From Clostridia bacterium (GTDB taxonomy: Bacteria > Bacillota > Clostridia > Oscillospirales > Acutalibacteraceae), in the NCBI GenBank assembly GCA_017503785.1, contig JAFVSK010000018.1:106079-170078 (forward strand): a stretch of DNA of 64,000 nucleotides. The letters are read 5' to 3'. This document shows, piece by piece, positions 35,801 through 43,307 of this stretch. The notes beneath the pieces are model-generated. The model had not been told where the DNA came from and did not search any database. It worked only from the letters and a program-made list of their open reading frames with translations. Within the stretch, counting starts at the first letter, position 1. Each line of letters starts with the position of its first letter. The position numbers were made by a program, and so were the translations under genes.

Positions 35801-38800
35801 TGTCAAGGTATAATCAGCATCCTCGTTGAACGTGGGAAGAACAGCCTCGTATACATCCGCACTGCCCTCGACCTTATTAAACGTCAGATCCTTCAACAAA
35901 GTCGGCGTTTCCGGATTCTTGGTCTCGTCATCATACACCTTTGTCAGATATACCTTCAGCTTTTCCTCCACTAGATCCGCAGCTCCAAAGAAGTTGGCTT
36001 CCTCAATAACGATGGTAGCCACGGTGTCGTGGTTAGCCAAGTAAAGCTTGTTATCCACATTATTGGTGTAGAACTCATTGGTGTATTTCACGCTCACTTC
36101 GGGAGCAATGTTGTCCACCACAATAGTTTTTTCGACTCCGTCGATGTCGTCATCAACAAATTCCGTTGAGTTCTGCGATTTGTCGGTAGCCACGAACGAC
36201 ACCTTACCACGGAACTGAGCAGGAATCGTAAACACAACCTCATCCGTTACGCCGTTCACCGTCACGGAAGTATCGTCTTTGCCCGTGTTACCGGAATTGA
36301 TAGCATCTGCATCTACCGTATACTTATAGGTAAAGGTATCCAGACGGGAGGTCGTATCAGTAGCCTTCAGCGTTACCGTTACTTCATCCTTGTAGAACCC
36401 AAACACCTTACCCAAACCAAAAGTAACCGCATTCCACAGCACATTCTCAAATTTGGGCGTATACGTAATGCTCAAATCGGTAGGAGCGGTCTCATCCACC
36501 GTAAAGGTGTCAACAACCTCGTCCTTCTGTGCATTGCCGGCCAAATCCTCGCCGGTGATCTTAATGCTGTAGTTCGCTTCGGTCTCAAACGGAATTTCGG
36601 CAACCCAAACATTCGTTGCTTCTTCCGTCCAAGTGGCTTTCTGCAAATACTCCGCATAATTAAGCACGGTTTCGCCCTGCTTAAACTCGGTAATCTCCAC
36701 CTTGTCGCCGGTCGTCTTATCATATTCGAAACCGGTCACTTCCAGGTTCATCAGCTCAGCAACAAAGTTGTGCTCCTTCACCGTTACCTTAACGGTCTTG
36801 TTCTTGTCGTAGAAAGCACCGTTAGCCGGCTCAATCGAAATTTCCGGCTTCACCGTATCCACCGTAATGATCTTAGAAGTGTATTGCGCCGTACTGGCTT
36901 CCAAAGCATCGTCAGCCTTAATCGTCGAGTCGTTGGTGGAGAAATCCGCATAGTTAACCGTAATCACATAGTCGGCATCATCTTCAAGCGGAATAACCAA
37001 CGTATGCTTGTCGCCCTCGTGCTTCCACTCAAACACCGTGGTTTCGTTTACATCGGCAAAACGCTGCTCCGCATCTTCTGCAGGAAGATACTCAATCTTC
37101 GTCACCTTGCCTTGGTCGTCTGTCTTTGTTACTAAAATACCAACTTCATGAACGCTCTTACCGATAGGTGCTCCCTGCTCATCGGTGTACTTATAGCCCT
37201 CGAAGAAGTTCACCTCTTCAATGGAGATCTTAGCGTCAACACTGCCATCGTAATACGCCTGCGTTGCCGCGTTGAAATCCATCACGAACGAGTCGGCATT
37301 TCTAAAGAACACGGTGGTGTTCTCATCCTTCGGCTTATAGGCAATGTCGATCTTGGGCCCTAAGGAATCTACCACAAGAACCTTATCGCCCACCATCACA
37401 TTGCTCAACCCGGCTTTGTTGGTGGCCGTAAAGGTTATCGCCTTTTGATTCAGTTCAGCCGGAATCGTAAACGTTTTGCTTACGGTTGCATCATCCGTTG
37501 CTTCAATTGCAATCTCGCCTTCAATATCTTCGCCAATCTTATAGCTAAATTTATCCAGCTTGGAAATATCATCTGTAGCAGTAAGAGTTACCTCCATCGA
37601 AGGCTTATAGAAGCCAAACGTAACTGCTTCGATTATTTTCTCAACGATCGGCTGAGAATACTCGATCTTCAATTCCGTCGGAGCGGTCTTGTCGATCCAA
37701 ATCTCGCCAACATTCACCGCTTCACTGATATATCCGGTTTCCTCGTGCTTCAGATAGATAGCCGCCGGTGTGTTTTTGCCTTCGGTCGCTATGGTGATCT
37801 TGTCCATCCAAGTGGCATCAAACAAATCGGAATTCGAAATCTTATACCCTTCAGCAGGAGTAATATCTACGTCGATCGTATACCAGCCGCTCGCCGGAAC
37901 ATCAGGGACAGAATACTTATCCTCGAAATCGTTGGTGTTCACTTTCACAGTAGCTTCGGCAGTAATATCATTATAGTTATTGCCGCCGGCAAGCGTTGCC
38001 TTTACAGTAAAGGGGCCCGTTTTGCCGCTGTTAAATGTGAGCGCACCACTCGTATTGTTAATGGAAGCAATATCGCCATCTACTACTTCATAGGTGACCG
38101 TGCCACCGGACTGACCACCCAAGGCTGTAACCGTCAGCGTGGTTTTCGAGCCATACTGCACGCTGTATTCGCTTTGGGTAAAAGCAAAACCGGTTTGATC
38201 AGCCTTAATGGTATTGATCACATAGGTGGTAGAAATAGCTTTATAGTTATTATCCCCCGCACGGGTAGCCGTGACAGTTGCCGTACCGCCGGCCTTGATG
38301 GCTTTGACGTTACCGTTTTCGTCAACTTCCACATACTCCTGACCCGCGGTCACTTCATACGTGACCTCACCGGTGGATTGCCCACCGGTAGCCTGATTGA
38401 TTACGGTGCTGTTGTAGGGCAGATCAGGCATGGTTGCATTTTCAAAAACAAAGCCGGTTTGTTCCTCTTTGGCAATGTATACGTTGAACGGGACCGCAGC
38501 CGACTGGGCCGGCGCAACCTCAACGTCTTTATCTTCATAGTTGGCCTTGGTCACCTTGACAAACACAGTGTACGAGCCTGCGTCGACAACTGTGGGGATT
38601 TCCTCTTGCCATGCGCCATCCACGCCAAGCTTATACTTAATCGTGTAGTCAGCACCTTCGTTGCCGCTTACCGTTACCACCTTTTGCGGATTACCGGTAT
38701 AGATACCCTCAAGACCCTCAACCTTGAGACTGCCGAGGACCAATTCGCCCAAAGCGATCTCTGAGGTTACCGTTTGAACGTAAGGACGATAATTGTCACC

Positions 38801-39787
38801 TCTATCAACGGTAATCGTCACCTCATAGCTACGCACTTCAGCAAACTTCGGAATGGCCGAATACTCATTTTCGTCACCCGTGATCGTATACGTAACCTTG
38901 TCATCGGGCAGAAGTGTACCCTTCAAGATTGCCACGGGGAATTTCTCTCCCGTGTACTTGTTGATGGTTTTCTCAATGGAGATACCGGTGATTTCCGCAA
39001 GAGTCACGGACAACTTAACTTCCTTTGTCAGCGCCACGTAACCGGCTTTCGAAAGCTGGACATACACCGTTTTCTCACCAACGTCGGTAATCGAAACAGG
39101 CGTCTCCGTGAAATCAATGTTGTTTTCGCTGTACTTAACAGTATAGCCCTCTGCAGTTACCAAAGCCGTGTGCGCCTCACCGTCGTACACGCCGGTATAG
39201 CCCTCAACACTAACGGAATCCTCCAGCGGATATACCTGCACGCCGTCCTTCATCAGAACGATCTTCTCGCTGGGCGTCACCGCGAAGGTAACTTCTTGCT
39301 CGTACACAGCATCGCCGTCCCAGTCGAACTCATACACTCTGGTGGGCTTGAGTCCCTGAGCGGCAAACGTTTCCAGATCCTCGGGCGAAACAGGGAACCA
39401 CAGCTCAACGTAGCTGCCGTCGCCGTCGGCAGTGTCCGAAAAATCATACGGCGTGCCGTACTCTGCATCGAGCCCCTTCTTAATTCTAAAGCCCGCATTG
39501 TCGGCAATCTCAGTGGGAGCAGTCATCTTAATACCGACCCACCAGCCGGCAGCACGGTTCAAGCCCGCGTCAGCATCGACCCACTGTAACGTAGTCTCTT
39601 CCACCAGCACCGAAACCTTCGAGGGATCCTCGTCAGCCACCGTACCGCCGGTAAAGGTCGTTACCGTGCCGTAGTCCGTGCTTGTCGATGCAAACACGTT
39701 TGCCGGGATCATCGCGATCACCAGCAAAATCGCCAAAGCGATAGCTACCAGGCGGTCGAACGATCGTCTCTTCGCGTAATTTTTCAT
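32825..39787 (-). CDS. Giant (2,320 aa) surface protein with many Ig-like repeat modules, N-terminal signal peptide and C-terminal TM anchor
   Basis: Signal peptide ..IAMIPANVFAST. Recurrent module boundaries of the type (V/I)D.T.P....(V/I) occur at least 12 times. C-terminal WGVIGGVLLLTAAIIFFVIYKKRKKNA. No LPXTG motif seen. Confidence 0.85.
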   Translation of the reverse strand: MKNYAKRRSFDRLVAIALAILLVIAMIPANVFASTSTDYGTVTTFTGGTVADEDPSKVSVLVEETTLQWVDADAGLNRAAGWWVGIKMTAPTEIADNAGFRIKKGLDAEYGTPYDFSDTADGDGSYVELWFPVSPEDLETFAAQGLKPTRVYEFDWDGDAVYEQEVTFAVTPSEKIVLMKDGVQVYPLEDSVSVEGYTGVYDGEAHTALVTAEGYTVKYSENNIDFTETPVSITDVGEKTVYVQLSKAGYVALTKEVKLSVTLAEITGISIEKTINKYTGEKFPVAILKGTLLPDDKVTYTITGDENEYSAIPKFAEVRSYEVTITVDRGDNYRPYVQTVTSEIALGELVLGSLKVEGLEGIYTGNPQKVVTVSGNEGADYTIKYKLGVDGAWQEEIPTVVDAGSYTVFVKVTKANYEDKDVEVAPAQSAAVPFNVYIAKEEQTGFVFENATMPDLPYNSTVINQATGGQSTGEVTYEVTAGQEYVEVDENGNVKAIKAGGTATVTATRAGDNNYKAISTTYVINTIKADQTGFAFTQSEYSVQYGSKTTLTVTALGGQSGGTVTYEVVDGDIASINNTSGALTFNSGKTGPFTVKATLAGGNNYNDITAEATVKVNTNDFEDKYSVPDVPASGWYTIDVDITPAEGYKISNSDLFDATWMDKITIATEGKNTPAAIYLKHEETGYISEAVNVGEIWIDKTAPTELKIEYSQPIVEKIIEAVTFGFYKPSMEVTLTATDDISKLDKFSYKIGEDIEGEIAIEATDDATVSKTFTIPAELNQKAITFTATNKAGLSNVMVGDKVLVVDSLGPKIDIAYKPKDENTTVFFRNADSFVMDFNAATQAYYDGSVDAKISIEEVNFFEGYKYTDEQGAPIGKSVHEVGILVTKTDDQGKVTKIEYLPAEDAEQRFADVNETTVFEWKHEGDKHTLVIPLEDDADYVITVNYADFSTNDSTIKADDALEASTAQYTSKIITVDTVKPEISIEPANGAFYDKNKTVKVTVKEHNFVAELMNLEVTGFEYDKTTGDKVEITEFKQGETVLNYAEYLQKATWTEEATNVWVAEIPFETEANYSIKITGEDLAGNAQKDEVVDTFTVDETAPTDLSITYTPKFENVLWNAVTFGLGKVFGFYKDEVTVTLKATDTTSRLDTFTYKYTVDADAINSGNTGKDDTSVTVNGVTDEVVFTIPAQFRGKVSFVATDKSQNSTEFVDDDIDGVEKTIVVDNIAPEVSVKYTNEFYTNNVDNKLYLANHDTVATIVIEEANFFGAADLVEEKLKVYLTKVYDDETKNPETPTLLKDLTFNKVEGSADVYEAVLPTFNEDADYTLTIEYTDRSGNASSYKKEFTVDTTKPEISIEPANGAFYDKNKTVKVTVKEHNFNATLMNLEVTGFEYDKTTGDEVKITEFKQGETVLNYAEYLQEATWTEEATNVFVTEIPFETEANYSIKITGEDLAGNAQKDEVVDTFTVDKTAPLTGDLDIFVGDKSVKPEDLNEIAFNVFSQTTITVKLSAFDKTSGVASVKYQIVNHDEAFKLEENWVEYDAENGFRIEPNTRVIVYVRVEDKSTNTTIIHSRGIVVDDKAPDGSEEQQPPKITIAPQGANALGFNNSDVTVKLFVQDPKYVGATADLNGYYSGLKEISYQIVAADINAEYTAALMENAELQADVDGEVVRGEYDKLIHSWNGEIVIPASNFNSNHVCVTVTATDNAGNTTITTYKDIQIDITKPKINVSYDNNQADVGSVKYFKADRKATITITERNFNQEKVEIDITNTDGVIPAVVGWTKTEGTGNLDDTTWTATIDYVADGDYTFSVKYTDEAGNANEEVETGNSVQPYEFTIDKTLPVIVVTYDNNDVYNGKYYQRTRVATVTITEHNFAADRVTFDITAQDPLTTVAAPAPTAWVSNGDTHTATITYSADAEYTFDIAMKDLAGNDAADFAKQNFVVDNIDPALEITGVADKSANAGDVIPVVTYSDTNWDENNVTITLTGVNRKGVKISGKSVDDIRAGRTFGQTFTFDNFAEKKEIDDIYTLSVSLTDMAGRTTQKSILFSVNRFGSTYELSEDVQELLKQYYVKNVTSDVVIHEINTDVLTEYNVTLNGVELVKDTDYTVESTGGVGQWKRYTYTVKKELFEAEGEYILVVSSTDKAKNDAFSDVKDAAINFVVDRTPPVVTVSGITEDGRYQTDKQVVTLIPTDDGGALYSLLVYLVDEDGNKLKELVNLVDDKLADELTVGNGAITFTIDKGLYQNVRIECTDRASGNDGKANEYTVTIGNVSINSNAFIVQFWANKTLRWGVIGGVLLLTAAIIFFVIYKKRKKNA
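35367..35750. repeat. Internal 384-bp duplication in the giant gene, copy 2
   Basis: Near-identical to 36483-36866, exactly 1,116 bp away. The encoded 128 aa differ at about 10 positions. Confidence 0.9.
36483..36866. repeat. Internal 384-bp duplication in the giant gene, copy 1
   Basis: See 35367-35750. Encodes TVDTVKPEISIEPANGAFYDKNKTVKVTVKEHNF...DTFTVDETAP. Confidence 0.9.
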
Positions 39788-40203
39788 TCCGCATCTCTCC
39801 TTACTTCTTTAAACTCTGTATAAAAACGTCCGTTTAACAAACAATGCAGCCCCAACGAAAGGATCCACAGGGCCATCAGCGAAAACAGCACCCACAGATG
39901 CCACTGACAGGCTCGACCGATAATAAACACGATCAGCAAACACAACAGGGCACCGTCGGCAACAGCTGCCGGTTGGTTCTTGAAAAACCTCAAAAACCCA
40001 AAGGCTTGGGGCGTGCTTCGATGGATCAGGATCGCCCACAGCACAGTGGTGATCAATCCAAGCCAAAACAAGGCGCCCGAAATGTACAAGAATGCCGGTA
40101 CGGTATCGGCAAGCGGCATCAGCAGCACCGCTGCTGCCACCACCAAAACGCCTGCCAGATACCCACACAACAACCGCTTTTTGTAACGTAAATTACGACT
40201 CAT
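39784..40203 (-). CDS. Small multi-pass membrane protein
   Basis: 139 aa with 4 hydrophobic segments and a GAGGTGA RBS. The stop overlaps the start of the giant gene. Confidence 0.65.
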   Translation of the reverse strand: MSRNLRYKKRLLCGYLAGVLVVAAAVLLMPLADTVPAFLYISGALFWLGLITTVLWAILIHRSTPQAFGFLRFFKNQPAAVADGALLCLLIVFIIGRACQWHLWVLFSLMALWILSLGLHCLLNGRFYTEFKEVRRDAE

Positions 40204-40216
40204 AGCTTACGTCACC

Positions 40217-40675
40217 TCAAACGATGATCTCACTAGAATGTGTATAGGTAATATCACACTCAACCTGGAACGTTCCATCCGCCACAGCGGGCGCAGCCTG
40301 TACAGCTGCCATCGCCTCAGCGGCGCTCAACACCGTGGTTTCGGAAGCGGTTGCATTCAGCGTTGTCGTTTCGGAAGCTTCCATGCTATCGTAGCGGTCT
40401 TGAGCACTGATCTTGGTAGTTTCCTTTGTTTCGTAATCCAACCGCGCCGACGTGGTTTTGTTCGAATAGTCCACCTTGGTAGCGTGCTTTTTGTTATTGC
40501 CCGCTATCGAGCTCTTATTATGGATGTTTTCAACAGCTCTTCGCTTGTTCGTACCCGTAATATCACCGATCACACCGCGAATGTTCAACAGAAAGAAGAT
40601 CAACACCGTGGCGATCAGCATCACGATGGCGAGGACGAGTCCGCCTATGAAAATATAGTTGTATATCTCTTGCAT
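40217..40675 (-). CDS. Single-TM protein with a cytoplasmic tail carrying three ETT motifs
   Basis: 152 aa. N-terminal TM followed by basic residues (positive-inside). KETTKI, SETTTL and SETTVL at aa 84-116. AAGGAGGGG RBS. Confidence 0.65.
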   Translation of the reverse strand: MQEIYNYIFIGGLVLAIVMLIATVLIFFLLNIRGVIGDITGTNKRRAVENIHNKSSIAGNNKKHATKVDYSNKTTSARLDYETKETTKISAQDRYDSMEASETTTLNATASETTVLSAAEAMAAVQAAPAVADGTFQVECDITYTHSSEIIV

Positions 40676-40688
40676 AGCCGACCCCTCC

Positions 40689-42410
40689 TTATTCCTCTTT
40701 TATTGAATTGTACTTATCCAATGCACTGGTAATCTGACTCTGCAACGCCTCAATGTCTTCTTTCAGTGCCGGGATATTCACGGTTCCGGTTTTGGCATAA
40801 ACGTCATTCATCATAGCCGTAACATCGTCTTTTGAAATGTATTTAAAGGTAGTTTTCGGGTCGTTTGACAACAAATAGATTATCTGACTCCAAACACGAA
40901 TCTTTAGATCATTTTCTTTATCTTCCTTGTTGCTCACTTCATCTCGCAGGATCACCAAGGTGTTCCAAAGAGTTTGGTAGGCCTCACTCAACTTTTCGGT
41001 TTGTTTTCCTCTTCCATATTTATTGATTTGGCCTAATGCGGTAGAAATATCATCGTAGTGCTTTGCCATGGCAAGCGACTCATCGGAACTATCAAGAACC
41101 TCTTTAAACCATGTTGACGCCGCACTGTATCGATCACTCGGTACGTTCACATTGCTGTAGAAAAGAATATGCTCGCCGATTTCAAAGCAAACCTTTTGGT
41201 ATTTTGCAAGATCGGCCGTCTTCAGTTCCTCCAGAGGCTTTACGGTAGTGGTATACCCGTTTTTACCGGTTTTGTCGATACCTCGGCGCAGTTTTTCCAG
41301 CAAGCCGCTTTCGCTCGCGTCGTTTTCCAGTACGCCATCTTCAACCAAGCAGTCTAAAAGGCCGTCATAGCCGCTGCCACCCTCGTCATGGTCGCCGATA
41401 TAGGCCTCAGTGCGTGTGGGATCAATCAAAATCGCCTCTACATAATCATCCACGGTTTCAGCGGTATACCACGAAAACTCATAGTTATCCGCCTGAGCAG
41501 CCTGGGCCGAAAAATACCCAAACACCGACGTGGCAGCGAATACCAAGGTTAACGCCGCACTGGTGGCAAACAGCGACAACTTTTTCTTCTGCTGCTTAAT
41601 ATACTCGTCTTCAAAGTCCTTATAATGCTCCAGATCGTACATTAACTCCGCGCACGACTGATAGCGGTCGGCAGGGTTGTTTTGCGTACATTTTAAGATG
41701 ATCTTCTCCAAGCCGGTGGACAGCGCCGGATTGATCTCGGTGATCGGCCGGATCTCATACGGCGGCTGGCTCGGGTTCATGCCCGTCACCAAGTGGTAGA
41801 TCGTGGCACCCAAGCAATAAATATCGGTGCGGGCATCGGTTTGCCCCATGCCGCCGTATTGCTCCGGAGCCGCATAGCCACGCGTACCCAAGCAGGTGGT
41901 ATCCTCCACCTTCGAAGCCTTATGCTCGCGAGCGGTACCGAAGTCGATCAGCGAAATGGTGCCGTCAGGCTTGAGCATCACGTTAGCCGGCTTCATATCA
42001 CGGTAGATGATGGCCGGCTCGCGGGTGTGCAGATACCCCAGCACGTCGCACAGCTGCTTCGACCATTCAATAACGTCTTCCTGCGGCTGCGCGCCGAAAT
42101 CGCGCAGAGCCTTGTCCAGCGAGTTACCCTGAACGTAGTCCATAATAATAATGAACGAATCCGCAGTATCAATAACGTCAACGATACTGGGCAAATGCTT
42201 ATGACTCAGTTTTTTCAGAATATCGGTTTCGGCCACCAAGCCTTGCTTCACCGCTTCAAAATCCAAAACGCCGTCCTTACGCACTTCCTTAACGGCCCAT
42301 TGTTTATTCGCTCTTTCGTTCATGGCGAGGTACACAACGCTCATACCGCCCTGACCGACTTTATTTAATATTTTATATTTTCCGTCGACAAGCGAACCTA
42401 CTTCTAACAT
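40689..42410 (-). CDS. Hanks-type Ser/Thr protein kinase with TM helix and ~270-aa extracytoplasmic domain (not PASTA-like)
   Basis: GQGGMSVVY, WAVKEV, YRDMKPANVML, DFGTAR and GTRGYAAPEQ. TM LSLFATSAALTLVFAATSVFGYF. C-terminal domain unrecognised. Confidence 0.9.
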   Translation of the reverse strand: MLEVGSLVDGKYKILNKVGQGGMSVVYLAMNERANKQWAVKEVRKDGVLDFEAVKQGLVAETDILKKLSHKHLPSIVDVIDTADSFIIIMDYVQGNSLDKALRDFGAQPQEDVIEWSKQLCDVLGYLHTREPAIIYRDMKPANVMLKPDGTISLIDFGTAREHKASKVEDTTCLGTRGYAAPEQYGGMGQTDARTDIYCLGATIYHLVTGMNPSQPPYEIRPITEINPALSTGLEKIILKCTQNNPADRYQSCAELMYDLEHYKDFEDEYIKQQKKKLSLFATSAALTLVFAATSVFGYFSAQAAQADNYEFSWYTAETVDDYVEAILIDPTRTEAYIGDHDEGGSGYDGLLDCLVEDGVLENDASESGLLEKLRRGIDKTGKNGYTTTVKPLEELKTADLAKYQKVCFEIGEHILFYSNVNVPSDRYSAASTWFKEVLDSSDESLAMAKHYDDISTALGQINKYGRGKQTEKLSEAYQTLWNTLVILRDEVSNKEDKENDLKIRVWSQIIYLLSNDPKTTFKYISKDDVTAMMNDVYAKTGTVNIPALKEDIEALQSQITSALDKYNSIKEE

Positions 42411-42421
42411 TGTGTCACCCC

Positions 42422-43189
42422 TTAATATGTTCTCACGAGAACGACCGAAATGTTATCGCGCTCTTCCCGCTGCTTGTTCAGATCAATAAGAAATCTGCCG
42501 TTATTCTCCATAGTCGCAGAGTCGGTTAACGCAGCAGGTTGAAATTTCTCATAAATCTCATCAGGAGTAATCTCGTGCCGGAAGCCGTCTGAACACAGCA
42601 TATACACCGCATCGCTTTTGACATCGCCAAAAAACATATCGGGATATACCTCGTCCGATGCGCCAACGCACTGAAGTAACACACTTCTGCGGGGATCCAC
42701 CTTTGCCTCCTCGGCAGTCATTCTACCCAACTGGACCTCGCGGGCCACAAAGGTTTGATCCTCGGTTACCTGATGAAGTGTATCAGAAATCTCATAGGCA
42801 CGGGAGTCACCAACGTTTAAAATGTAATATCGGGTTTGGGTAAGGAGCATTACCACCACGGTGGTACCCAAACGGATGCCCTGACTGGCACCGTAGGCAC
42901 CGATGGTGCTGTTCTGCTTCACCACAATGCTCTCCCACTGACTGCGAATGGTGGCATCCTCAATGGGGGCGGAGCACAAGGCGGGCAGTTCGTTATACAC
43001 CCAATCGTTAAAGGCCGACACCACCGTCGTGCTTGCAACCTCACCCTTGGCAAGGCCGCCCATACCATCGCAAAGAATGGCAAACACCATTTTTCCCTGC
43101 TGCGTATTCAGCACTTTTACCGACAAACCGTCTTGGTTGGTGTCCTTAACATTGCCGATATCCGTATTTGCAGAAATCAAAAATTCCAT
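42422..43189 (-). CDS. PP2C-family Ser/Thr phosphatase
   Basis: TDIGNVKDTNQDG, AILCDGMGG, LNVGDSRAY, LCSDGF and NISVVLV motifs. Confidence 0.9.
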   Translation of the reverse strand: MEFLISANTDIGNVKDTNQDGLSVKVLNTQQGKMVFAILCDGMGGLAKGEVASTTVVSAFNDWVYNELPALCSAPIEDATIRSQWESIVVKQNSTIGAYGASQGIRLGTTVVVMLLTQTRYYILNVGDSRAYEISDTLHQVTEDQTFVAREVQLGRMTAEEAKVDPRRSVLLQCVGASDEVYPDMFFGDVKSDAVYMLCSDGFRHEITPDEIYEKFQPAALTDSATMENNGRFLIDLNKQREERDNISVVLVRTY

Positions 43190-43238
43190 ATTGGTAACCC
43201 CTTAGGCAAGAAAATTATAAAGCTCTAAAACGACCAAT

Positions 43239-43278
43239 AGATAGGGTACAGGCGGCGGTCTCACCGCCTGTACCCTAT
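43239..43278 (-). terminator. Strong hairpin between the FHA-protease and PP2C genes (attenuator/processing site or weak terminator)
   Basis: Perfect 16-bp stem GATAGGGTACAGGCGG / CCGCCTGTACCCTATC with an 8-nt loop. Only a short, interrupted T-tract follows on the minus strand. Confidence 0.35.
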
Positions 43279-43307
43279 CCGTATTCAACAAATTCTACGC
43301 GTTGGTC

